A stretch of DNA of 64,000 nucleotides from Macrostomum lignano (taxonomy: Eukaryota), in contig NIVC01000465.1 in the NCBI GenBank assembly GCA_002269645.1, positions 62,001 through 126,000 on the forward strand, given 5' to 3'. Every line of letters starts with the position of its first letter. Within the stretch, counting starts at the first letter, position 1. Below, piece by piece: positions 30,047-61,317 of this stretch. Below the pieces are notes generated by a model. The model was not told the origin of the DNA. It was given only the letters and a program-made list of their open reading frames with translations, and did not search any database. The translations under genes and the position numbers were made by a program.

Positions 30047-30240
30047 TACTCACGCTAGTGCAGTAGCAGACCCTTTTTGAACCTTGGCCGAAACACCAAA
30101 TTGTTAGCACGTAGTCTATGGCTTCAGCTGCTCATGCAGTTATAGATTAAAGATATAGAAACGATATAGAATCGGACAAAGTTTAACATAGATGTTTTGT
30201 TTTGATTAAAATCATTTTAAATAATCAACTTAAAGACTCA

Positions 30241-30537
30241 ATGATCCGCATTAGAATTCTTCACGGCAGGCGAGCCTATCTGATTGACTGCCCGCCTTGG
30301 TTCTCTGTGCTGCAACTCAAACAGCGAGTCCACCTCGCCATCCGATCGTTCCCGGAGACAGTCACCGAAATGAAGCTGATCTTCAAGGCGGAGGTTCTGC
30401 AGGACGTCGCATCGCTGTACGCTTGCGGCGTCACCGACAACGACGTGCTAGTGCTGATCAACGTCAAAGAGGAAGAGCGACTGCGCAAGGTGATCCAAGA
30501 TCGAGTCAGGACTCTGCGAGTGCGCGCTGAGAAGTGA
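30241..30537 (+). CDS. Small ubiquitin-like-domain protein (about 98 aa) without a C-terminal diglycine
   Basis: IRIRI...VLQLKQRV...MKLIFKAEVLQD..SLYACGVTDNDVLVLI matches the ubiquitin-fold pattern (LIF.G..L.D...L...G...D.L.L); GC-rich island with coding-like codons. Confidence 0.7.
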   Translation: MIRIRILHGRRAYLIDCPPWFSVLQLKQRVHLAIRSFPETVTEMKLIFKAEVLQDVASLYACGVTDNDVLVLINVKEEERLRKVIQDRVRTLRVRAEK

Positions 30538-30656
30538 GGAGCGTTGCATGGGATTAAGAACTCGTCTCCATTTGCTCAAATAAATTGTTCAACCAAGTCC
30601 CAGATGCTTATACTAAATGCAGCCTTAATCAGACTGAAGTTTAGACAAATTTAATG

Positions 30657-30689
30657 ACTAACTAACTAACTAACTAACCTAACCAACTA

Positions 30690-30746
<57 letters not shown>

Positions 30747-30747
30747 G

Positions 30748-30825
<78 letters not shown>

Positions 30826-30879
30826 CAACTAACTAACTAACTAACTACGTAACTAACTACGTAACTAACTAACTAACTG

Positions 30880-30973
<94 letters not shown>

Positions 30974-30974
30974 G

Positions 30975-31011
<37 letters not shown>

Positions 31012-31078
31012 CGTAACTAACTAACTAACTAACTGACTAACTAACTAACTAACTGACTAACTAACTAACTAACTAATA
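30657..31078. repeat. (TAAC)n microsatellite
   Basis: Tetranucleotide run. Confidence 0.97.
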
Positions 31079-32357
31079 ATAGTTTCATCAAGAACATAAG
31101 TCATTTAATTGAAGCTTTATATATATTGAGCCAATCTAAAGTAAATCTGCCAGTAATTATTGATTTAATAGTGTAACTAAATAGCTACTATACATTCTTA
31201 CAAAAGCTTTACTCTTTCTCGTAATACGCAAGCTGCACTACTGGTACAAGTAGAAAGTAGCGTTTGTGAAAAACTTTCTAATATGAAAACCTATAGCGTT
31301 TATAAAGCCAGTTAATAACAGAAAAGTTTGATTGTTCAAACGTAAAATGACAGAAAAGGTCAAAATCTTACTAGAGATCTGAATAAATATCAAACATATA
31401 ATGTACAGCAGAATCGACTTAGATGTACATGTTATGTGACAAGGCTTTTTCAAGACAGCTTGTTAGATATTTAAGAATAAATGCATATAGTGGAACAGAT
31501 TAAAACAAAATCAAAACTAGCGGCATCACTGGAATATTAAACGCCAATTTGAGTTTGTGAGTTTGTTCGCAAAATTATTATTGTCAGAATTTACAGTAGG
31601 GTGCAAAGTTTTCTATCTTCGCTTTGTGCTTTTGAGCAAGTTTCTCCGCAAGATCGTTGAATTGCGCAGAAGTCGTTCGCATTCTGGATGAATTGTCTGC
31701 CAGTTGCTTGACTGCGGCACCTCGTCTCTGCAGAATATTCCAGTGACTTGCATATTGAGCAGAGACACAAATTTAATAATACACGAAATCAATAGTGCAA
31801 CGTTACACACCTCGATGTCCTTTATTATGCAAATATCCTTGTAACTGTCAATATTGCTTTTTCTTGTCAGGCTCAGTGACTTGCCAGATTTTCCAACCTT
31901 CACGAAATCCATATAGCTGATTTGTTTTATTTAAAACAAAACCTTTTAAATTCGGTTGCTTTACGAGCGTATTAATGAGAATCTTTTTCAGAGCGAGTTT
32001 TTATGTAGTCGGAATGAGCTAATAAATTTAGAAGATGACAGCATAGATGAATTTCTTTTAGATAAAATTAGCGTTGACAGGCTGTAACTAAACTGATGTA
32101 TGGTGATGCCTTCGAATAGTTAAATTTAATTTTTAAACAGATTGGTCGGGTGTTTATTCCTTTAGCTATTCTACCTAAATTGGAAAGTGACATCGACAAA
32201 GATATATAGTACACCTGTGCGTGCATCAGTTTCAACCTTCCTGACTGCGAGTAAACCGCTTATTTAAAAAATCTAATTATAGATCGAACATGCATCTAAC
32301 TTTAAAAGTACGCTGTTTTTCAAAATCTCTCTGTGCGCAACCGTTTTTAACACTCAA

Positions 32358-32658
32358 TCGGTGCCACTCAGTCTGAATCAGCGCCATTCAGTCCGAATCG
32401 GCGCCACTCAATCCGAATCGGCGCCACTCAATCCGAATCGGCGCCACTCAATCCGAATCGGCGCCACTCAATCCGAATCGGCGCCACTCAATCCGAATCG
32501 GCGCCACTCAATCCGAATCGGCGCCACTCAATCCGAATCGGCGCCACTCAGTCCGAATCGGCGTCACTCAGTCCGAATCGGCGCCACTCAATCCGAATCG
32601 GCGCCGAATCAGCGCCACTCAATCCGAATTGGCACCACTCAGTCTGAATCGGCGCCAC
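32358..32658. repeat. 20-bp minisatellite (AATCGGCGCCACTCAATCCG)
   Basis: Exact 20-bp periodicity at 32401-32540. Confidence 0.95.
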
Positions 32659-32967
32659 TAGCTATTATCAATGAAGATTGATTTCAGACTAACGATAGCC
32701 AATGAGAATGCGGAGAGGAACAGAGGGTTGAAGCTGTGAACTGCTGTGAGGGGCCGAGCAATTAAACTGGAGGGATAGAACGACAGCGTAGTGAGGTTGG
32801 CGGCGCTATAGGGTGGTGTGACTGGCGTCAGCCAATGAGAATCGAGGCAAGGACAGAAAGCTGAATTGAACTCAGTAATAAAAAAGACGGAGAGAGGTTG
32901 GCAGTATTTTAGTCTGCCAGCCACTGAACATAAGACTAGAATGTTAAAAGCAATAAAGTGCCGATAA

Positions 32968-33151
32968 GGGGGCCGTAGCCCAATGGTCTAGGCGCGGCGC
33001 TCTGATGTGCCAGCGGCCCAAGCTCGATTCCAAGTGCATTCACATTAATTTGGGGCTAATTGGAATCTCGGCTTGGCTCGATCTGCTCGTAACGTCCTTG
33101 GGGTCCAACCCCGAAGGAACTGTGAAGTGTAAATGTCTAACGATAAATAAA
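32968..33151 (+). mobile_element. tRNA-derived SINE-like element
   Basis: Head GGGGGCCGTAGCCCAATGGTCTAGG (A box) and GCTCGATTCC (degenerate B box); imperfect cloverleaf; unrelated body and a TAAATAAA tail. Confidence 0.55.
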
Positions 33152-34459
33152 GTTAGGGCCGCTGTACACTCCTGTGTGAGTGTGTGCCTGCGTACGTATC
33201 CGCGCGCTTGTATGCCTGCTCAGGGGAGTCGGCGGAATGGGCAGTTCTCGCCGGTTGTGTGCCTATGTCTCTTAAAGTGCGCCAGGGTGCACACAACCCC
33301 TGTCTGATAAAAAATAAAAAAGACTGAATCAGTAACCCAGCCTGACTGTCAGGCGACATTTTTATGGGCGTGACATTGAATTTATAGCCAATTTTGCATC
33401 ACAAAAGTGCATTGAGAAATTTGATTTTTTAGTATATTGTATAATAAATTAATTTCGACCTTCTAATAATGGAAATAAAATAATTTCGAAGAAAGTTTGA
33501 CTACAAGAATAGCTCGCTTTCTTGCTAATGCAATAAAAACAATAAATAATCACTTAGATCAGAGGAAAATTACGGAATCTTTGTAAGCGTGTGCAACGAA
33601 CAAAAATATTTTCCAGAACAAAATATCAACTGTTATCTATATAACAATTAAACAACAATGTACAAGCTTGCTAGAATTACAACTTTAAATAAATTATGCA
33701 TAAAAAATGGCGGAATGAAAGTACACAAACTGCTTAGGGAGTTAGGAGATATACTATGCTTTTCTAGTAAAATATAGCGAAGATGGTGTACAACAATCTT
33801 CAGCAACTACAACAAGAACTAGAATTTGTAAATTGCAATCAAAACGGTTATTAATGCAAAATTCACGATGTAATTATGAGTGAAATATTTCAATGCTAAT
33901 AAGCGCGAAATAGTTACAATTTAGGACGAATTAATTTTTAGAAATTAATATTAACGTATTTATTGGATGAATCTGGAAAAAAAGTGTGAACTGATATTAC
34001 TGAGATTAAACGTTCACAGATTTCTAAAAATCCGGAACGATTTTACCACAACGCCATTAACAAAAATTTAACGATTAACACGAGAAAGAAGCGGATGAAG
34101 GACCATACGTTTAAATAGAAAAAAATCAAAAAAATAAAACTATTGATTGGGTGACACCAAACAGTTTAACGACAAGGGTTACCAATTAACTAAAACTAAA
34201 AATATATGCTGCTATATGCTTCGTTGTTATTCTGTTATTAGCTAACATTACTAGTGACGCCCGTGCATGCCTAAAATTGGTCGCATTAAATATTTTTTAT
34301 AAAAATATTGAAACCATACAACAGATAAACACAATTGTTATAAAAATGTTGTTATTATATCCGGGGCAAGACAGACTTAATTAAGCACGAATAACAATAT
34401 CCTACAATATTGATACACAATGTGTAGTGTAGCACTGATCGTGCTTCTAAATTCTAAAG

Positions 34460-53833
<19,374 letters not shown>

Positions 53834-53924
53834 CTGGATTTGAAATAGTTGAGCATTTGGTTTGAATTTCAAACATAGCCATGACTTTAGGTAAGTAGGC
53901 TAGCACAATATTTTAAGTACGTAA

Positions 53925-56900
53925 CTAGCAATCTTTGCCCCCCGATGGGGGACATCTGGATAGAAGCCTTGTTCTTTACAAATAACAAATAGACAGCGAA
54001 ATAAAGCCTTCAGAAAAAACAACAGACATTCCCTCTTAAAAACAAAACATCCCAAGACAGCAAGCATCCTCAGACAGCATTCAAGCATCGATCCCCAAAT
54101 AGCAAGCATCCCCCAGACTGCAAGCATCCCCCAGATAGCAAGCATCCCCCAGATAGCAAGCATCCCGCAGATAGCAAGCATCCCCCAGATAGCAAGCATC
54201 CCCCAGATAGCAAGCATCCCCCAGATCGCAAGCATCCCCAGATAGCAAGCATTCCCCAGACCCCAGATAGCAAGCATCCCCCAGATAGCAAGCATCCCGC
54301 AGATAGCAAGCATCCCCCAGATAGCAAGCATCCCCCAGATAGCAAGCATCCCCCAGATCGCAAGCATCCCCAGATAGCAAGCATTCCCCCAGACCCCAGA
54401 TAGCAAGCATCCCTCAGATAGCAAGCATCCCCCCCCCAGATAGCAAGCATCCCCCAGATCGCAAGCATCCCCCAGACAGCAAGCAACCCCTGATAGCAAG
54501 CATAACCTGAATACAAAGAGACCTTATAGATATCTAGCAACCCCCTCTCAGATAGCAAGTACTCTCCACCCCAAGAGCAAGCACCCCCCTGATAGCAAGT
54601 ATCCATCCTTAAATAGCAAGCATCCACCAGAGAACAAGTAGCTAGTGCAACAATTTCCTTAGCCTTATAATGGTTCCATTTCGTTTTGCATGACACTTCT
54701 TTTATGTTTGAAATGGTGTCTCTTTTTTGTTTAAAAAAGTGGCTCTTTAATGTTTGACATAGTAGCTCTTCTATGTTTGACATGGTAGCTCTTTTGTGTT
54801 TGACATGATAGCTCTTTAATGTTTGACGTGGTGGCTCTTTTGTGTTTGACATGATAGCTCTTTAATGTTTAACATTGTGGCTCTTATATGTTTGGCATGG
54901 TAGCTCTTTAATGTTGACATGGTGGCTCTTCTATGTTTGACATGGTAGCTCTTTAATGTTTGACATGGTGGCTCTTCTATGTTTGCCATGGTAGCTCTTT
55001 AATGTTTGACATGGTGGCTCTTCTATGTTTGCCATGGCGGCCCTTTTACGTTTGAAATGGTGTCTCTGTTATGTTTGACATGGTGGCTTAGTTGTTTGAC
55101 ATGGTGGCTCTTCTATTTTTGACATGGTGGCTCTTCTATGTTTGACATGGCGGCCCTTTTACATTTGAAATTGTGTCTTTTTATATTGGGCATAATGGCT
55201 CAATAATATTTTGACATGGTAGCTCTTTTATGTTTGATATGGTGGCTCCCTTATGTGTGACATAGTGTCTTTTTTATGTTTAATGTTTGACATGGAGTCA
55301 TATGTGTTTGACTCGGTGGCTCTTTAATGTTTGACATGGAGTCACGTATATGTTTAACATGGTGGCTCTTTTATGTTCGACATGGTGGCTCTTGAATGTT
55401 TGACATGGTGGCTCTTGAATGTTTGACATGGTGGCTCTTTAATGTTTGACATGGAGTCACGTATATGTTTGACATGGTGGCTCTTTTATGTTTGACTTTA
55501 TGGCTCTTTAATGTTCGACATGGTGGTTCTTTTATGTTCGACATAATGGCTCTTTTATGTTTGACATGGTGGCTCTTTAATGTTTTACGTGGTGGCTCTT
55601 TAATGATCTTCATGGCAGCTCTCTTATGTTTGACATGGAGTCACGAATAAACTTGACATGGTGACTCGTTAATGTTTGACATGGTGGCTCTATTATGTTA
55701 GACATGGTGGCTCTTCTATGTTTGACATGGTAGCACTTTAATGTTTGACATGGTGGCTCTATAATGTTTGACATGGAGTCACATATATGTTGGACATGGT
55801 GGCTCTTTAATGTTCGACATGGTGGCTCTTTAATGTTTGACATTATGGCTCTTTAATGTTTGACATGGTGGCTGTTTTATGTTTGACATTATGGCTCTTT
55901 AATGTTTGACATGGTGGCTCTTTTATGTTCGACATGGTGGCTGTTTTATGTTTGACATTATGGCTCTTTAATGTTTGACATGGTGGCTCTTTTATGTTCG
56001 ACATGGTGGTTCTTTTATGTTCGACATGGTGGCTCTTTTATGCTTGACATGGTGGCTCTTTACTGTTTGACATGGAGTCACATATATGTTTGACATGGTG
56101 GCTGTTTTATGTTTGACATTGTGGCTCTTTAATGTTTGACATGGTGGTTCTTTAATGTTTGACATGATGGCTCTTTTATGTTTGACATGGTGGCTCTTTT
56201 ATGTTTGACATGGTGGCTCTTTTATGTTTGACATGGTGGCTGTTTTATGTTTGACATGGCGGCCCTTTTACATTTGAAATTGTGTCTTTTTATATTGGGC
56301 ATAATGGTTCAATAATATTTTGACATGGTAGCTCTTTTATGTTTGATATGGTGGCTCCCTTATGTGTGACATGGTGTCTTTTTTATGTTTAATGTTTGAC
56401 ATGGAGTCATATGTGTTTGACTCGGTGGCTCTTTAATGTTTGACATGGAGTCACGTATATGTTTAACATGGTGGCTCTTTTATGTTCGACATGGTGGCTC
56501 TTGAATGTTTGACATGGTGGCTCTTGAATGTTTGACATGGTGGCTCTTTAATGTTTGACATGGAGTCACGTATATGTTTGACATGGTGGCTCTTTTATGT
56601 TTGACTTTATGGCTCTTTAATGTTCGACATGGTGGTTCTTTTATGTTCGACATAATGGCTCTTTTATGTTTGACATGGTGGCTCTTTAATGTTTTACGTG
56701 GTGGCTCTTTAATGATCTTCATGGCAGCTCTCTTATGTTTGACATGGAGTCACGAATAAACTTGACATGGTGACTCGTTAATGTTTGACATGGTGGCTCT
56801 ATTATGTTAGACATGGTGGCTCTTCTATGTTTGACATGGTAGCACTTTAATGTTTGACATGGTGGCTCTATAATGTTTGACATGGAGTCACATATATGTT

Positions 56901-58329
56901 GGACATGGTGGCTCTTTAATGTTCGACATGGTGGCTCTTTAATGTTTGACATTATGGCTCTTTAATGTTTGACATGGTGGCTGTTTTATGTTTGACATTA
57001 TGGCTCTTTAATGTTTGACATGGTGGCTCTTTTATGTTCGACATGGTGGCTGTTTTATGTTTGACATTATGGCTCTTTAATGTTTGACATGGTGGCTCTT
57101 TTATGTTCGACATGGTGGTTCTTTTATGTTCGACATGGTGGCTCTTTTATGCTTGACATGGTGGCTGTTTTATGTTTGACATGGAGTCACATATATGTTT
57201 GACATGGTGGCTGTTTTAATGTTTGACATGGTGGTTCTTTAATGTTTGACATGATGGCTCTTTTATGTTTGACATGGTGGCTCTTTTATGTTTGACATGG
57301 TGGCTCTTTTATGTTTGACATGGTGGCTGTTTTATGTTTGACATGGTGGCTCTTTAATGTTCGACATGGTGGCTCTTTAATGTTAGACATGGTGGCTGTT
57401 TAATGTTTGACCTGGTGGCACCTTAATGTAATGATGGCTTTTTAATGTTTGAAATAGTGGCTCTTTAATGTTCGACATGGTGGCTCTATAATGTTCGACA
57501 TGTTGGCTCTATAATGTTAGACATGGTGGCTCTTTAATGTTCGACATGGTGGCTCTATAATGTTAGACATGGTGGCTCTTTAATGTTAGACATGGTGGCT
57601 CTTTAATGTTCGACATGGTGGCTCTTTACTGTTAGACATGGTGGCTCTTTAATGTTAGACATGATCGCTCTTTAATGTTCGACATGGTGGCTCTTTAATG
57701 TTCGACATGGTGGCTCTTTAATGTTCGACATTGTGCATTTTTTGTGTTTCCCATTTTGTGTTTTTAAGGTTTTTGAATAAAAAAATCTTTTTGCACTACT
57801 AAGATTCGAACCCAGGTCGCTGCATTAGCAGTCCAGTCTGTTCGCATCTATGCTATCTCTTGTCAATTGGAGAACTTGAATTGTGGCCCTTATAATTCAA
57901 TTCTTATAGCAAATCGGTTAGAGTAAAAAGTTATGACATAATCAATTTCTCAGTCAGCCAGTATCAGTGTCAATTCAAGTTAGCAATATTGTTACGCAAT
58001 TTAAATCAAGTTTTGTGTGCATTTCTTCGGCACTGTTTTCAACTGGTTGTGATGTAATCCTTATCACAATTGGAATTCAGTCAGTCAGTTATTCTCTAGT
58101 ATTCTTACAATGCATTTCAGGTCGAAAGAGCTGCTTGACCTTTGCAAAAAAGCATGTTTTTCGAATATTTAATCCCTTTAACATTGAGCAATTTCTTAGC
58201 CAAGATGCATGTACCGTCCCAGGAAAATTTCTGATCGAATGGTGCAAGTTTGAAGAAAATCGGTTGAGCCAATTTTTCTGAAATCTATCGCATACCTACC
58301 CACAGACAACTCATTTTTAGTATATAGGA
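53925..58329 (-). mobile_element. Non-autonomous Helitron-like element 1 (4.4 kb) carrying 18-bp and 23-bp minisatellite arrays
   Basis: On the minus strand it starts TCCTATATACTAAAAATG (58329) and ends CCCCC-ATC-GGGGGG-CAAAGATTG-CTAG (53925) followed by T; no TSD and no Rep/helicase ORF. Confidence 0.8.
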
Positions 58330-61317
58330 CTAGCAATCTTCGCCCCCCGATGGGGGGCATCTAGATAGAATCTCTGGCACTCTACAAGTATCAAAAAGAC
58401 GGCCAAATAAAGCCTTCACATAGACAATAGAAAAACTGCTCAAATGAAGTGCAATGCAAAAAATATCCCAGGACAGCAAGCAACCCCCCAGATAGCAAGC
58501 ACCCCCAGATAGCAAGCATCCACCTAATAGCAAGCACCCTTAGATAGCAAGCATCCACAGATAGCAAGCACCCTTGGATAGCAAGGCAAGCATCTCCAGA
58601 TAGCAACCACCCCCAGATAGCAGGCACCCCAGATAGCAAGCATCCACCTAATAGCAAGCACCCCAAGATAGCAAGCATCCACCTAATAGCAAGCACCCTT
58701 AGATAGCAAGCACCCCCAGATAGCAAGCACCCCCAGATAGCAAGCATCTCCAGATAGCAAGCACCCCCAGATAGCAAGCATCCACCTAATAGCAAGCACC
58801 CCCAGATAGCAAGCATCCACCTAATAGCAAGCATCCACCTAATAGCAAGCACCCCCAGATAGCAAGCACCCCCAGATAGCAAGCATCTCTAGATAGCAAG
58901 CACCCCCAGATAGCAGGCACCCCAGATAGCAAGCATCCACCTAATAGCAAGCACCCCCAGATAGCAAGCATCTCCAGATAGCAAGCACCCCCAGATAGCA
59001 GGCACCCCAGATAGCAAGCATCCACCTAATAGCAAGCACCCCCAGATAGCAAGCACCCCCAGATAGCAAGAACCCCCAGATAGCAGGCACCCCAGATAGC
59101 AAGCATCCACCTAATAGCAAGCACCCCCAGATAGCAAGCACCCCCAGATAGCAAGCACCCCCAGATAGCAAGCACCCCCAGATAGCACGCATCTCCAGAT
59201 AGCAAGCACTCCAAGATAGCAGGCACCCCAGATAGCAAGCATCCACCTAATAGCAAGCACCCCCAGATAGCTAGAACCCCCAAGATAGCAAGCATCCCCC
59301 AGATAGCAAGCACCCCCAGATAGCACGCATCTCCAGATAGCAAGCACTCCAAGATAGTAGGCACCCCATTTATGTTTGACATGGTAGCTGTTTTGTGTCT
59401 GACATGGTGGCTCTTTAATGTTTGAGCTGGTGGCTCTTTTATGTTTGACATGGTGGCACTTTAATGTCTGAAATGGAGTCATGTATACGCTTGACATGGT
59501 GACTCGTAGATGTTTGACAAAGTGGCTCTTTTATGTTCGACATGTGGCTCTTTAATGTTTGACATGGTGGCTCTTTAATGTTTGACATGGTGGCTCTTTA
59601 ATGTTTGACATGGTGGGTCTTTAATTTATGACATGGTGGCTCTTTTATGTTTGACATGATGGCTCTTTAATGTTCGACATGGTGGCTGTTTAATGTTTGT
59701 TATGTAGTCATATGTATATGTTTTACATGGTGGCTCTTTTATGTGTGACATGGAGTCACGTATATATTTGACATGGAGTCACATATGTTTGACATGGTGG
59801 CTCTTTAGTGTTCGATATGGTGGCTCTTTAATGTTTGACATGGTGGCTCTTTTATGTTTGACATAGTGGCTCTTTAATGTCTGACATGGTGGCTCTTTAA
59901 TGTTTGACATGGTGGCTCTTTTATGTTTGACATGATGGCTCTTTAATGTTCGACATGGTGGGCTGTTTAATGTTTGTTATGTAGTCATATGTATATGTTT
60001 TACATGGTGGCCCTTTTATGTGTGACATGGAGGCACGTATATATTCGACATGGAGTCACATATGTTTGACATGGTGGCTCTTTAGTGTTCGATATGGTGG
60101 CTCTTTAATGTTTGACATGGTGGCTCTTTAATGTCTGACATGGTGGCTCTTTAATGTTTGACATGGTGGCTCTTTTATGTTCGACATGTTGGCTCTTTAG
60201 TGTTTGACATGGCTCTTTAATGTTTGACATGGTGGCTCTTTTATGCTTGACATGGTGGCTCTTTAATGTTCGACATGGTGGCTCTTTAATGTTTGACATG
60301 GTGGCTCTTTTATGCTTGACATGGTGGCTCTTTTATGTTCGACATGGTGGCTCTTTTTTGTTCTACATGGTAACTCTTTTATGTTTGATACGGTGGCTTT
60401 TTAATATCTGACATTGTGGCTCTTCTATGTTTGACATTGTGGTTCTTTTATGTTTAACATGGTGGCTCTTTAATGTTTGACATGGTGGCTCTTTAATGTA
60501 CGACATAAAGGTTCGTTTATGTTCGACATGGTGGCTCTTTTAGGTTTGACATGGTAGCTCTTTTATGTTCGACATGGTGGCTCTTTTAGGTTTGACATGG
60601 TGGCTCTTTTAGGTTCGAAATGGTGGCTCTTTAATGTTCGACATGGTGGCTCTTTAATGTTTGACATGCTAGCTCTTTAATGTTCGACATAGTGGCTCTT
60701 TTATGTTTGGCATGGTGGCTCTTTAATGTTCTTCATGGTGGCTCTTTTACGTTTGACATGGTGGCACTTTAATGTTCGACGTGGTGGCTCTTTAATGTTC
60801 GAAATGGTGACTCTTTAATGTTTCACATGGTGGCTCTTTAATGTTTGACATAGAGTCACGTATTTGTTTTACATGGTGCCCATGTAATGTTTGACATGGT
60901 GCCTCTTTTATGTTTGACATTGTGCTTTTTTATGTTTAGCAGTTTCGTGTTTTCAAGGTGTTTTATAAAAAAATTATTTTGCACTACTAAGATTCGAACC
61001 CAGGTCGCTACGTTGGCAGTCCAGTCTGTTCGGATCTAGGCTATCTCTTTTCAATTGGAGTACATGAATTGTGGCCCTTATAATTAAATTCTTACAGCAA
61101 GTCAATTGGGGTAAAAAGTTATGACATAATCAATTTCTCAGTCAGCCAGTATCAGTCTCAGTTCAAGTTAGCAATATTGGTTACGCAATTTTAATCAAGT
61201 CGTGTGTGCATTTCTTCGGCACTGTTTTCAACTTGTTGTGATGCAATCTTTATGACAATCAGAATTCAGCCAGTCAGTTTTTTTCTCTAGCATTCTTACA
61301 ATGAATTTTAGGTCGAA
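58330..61317 (-). mobile_element. Non-autonomous Helitron-like element 2 (same architecture as element 1; 5' end interrupted or missing)
   Basis: 3' end GCCCCCC-ATC-GGGGGGC-GAAGATTG-CTAG abuts the TC start of element 1. Same order of 17/18-bp array, 23-bp array and tRNA-like segment; 60915-61317 is homologous to 57745-58120. Confidence 0.78.

Noticed and set aside
31613-31912. 99-aa ORF
   Set aside because: No domain recognised and no supporting exons; it cannot be supported as a gene.
32968-33045. Possible tRNA gene
   Set aside because: The anticodon loop is 6 nt and the T-arm and acceptor stem are poor; it is treated as a SINE head.
34251-34275. ACTAGTGACGCCCGTGCATGC, resembling a Helitron 3' end
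   Set aside because: Only half of the hairpin is present and no matching 5' end was identified.
53900-60411. Numerous Cys/His/Trp-rich ORFs
   Set aside because: They are translations of 17-, 18- and 23-bp minisatellites inside the Helitron-like elements.
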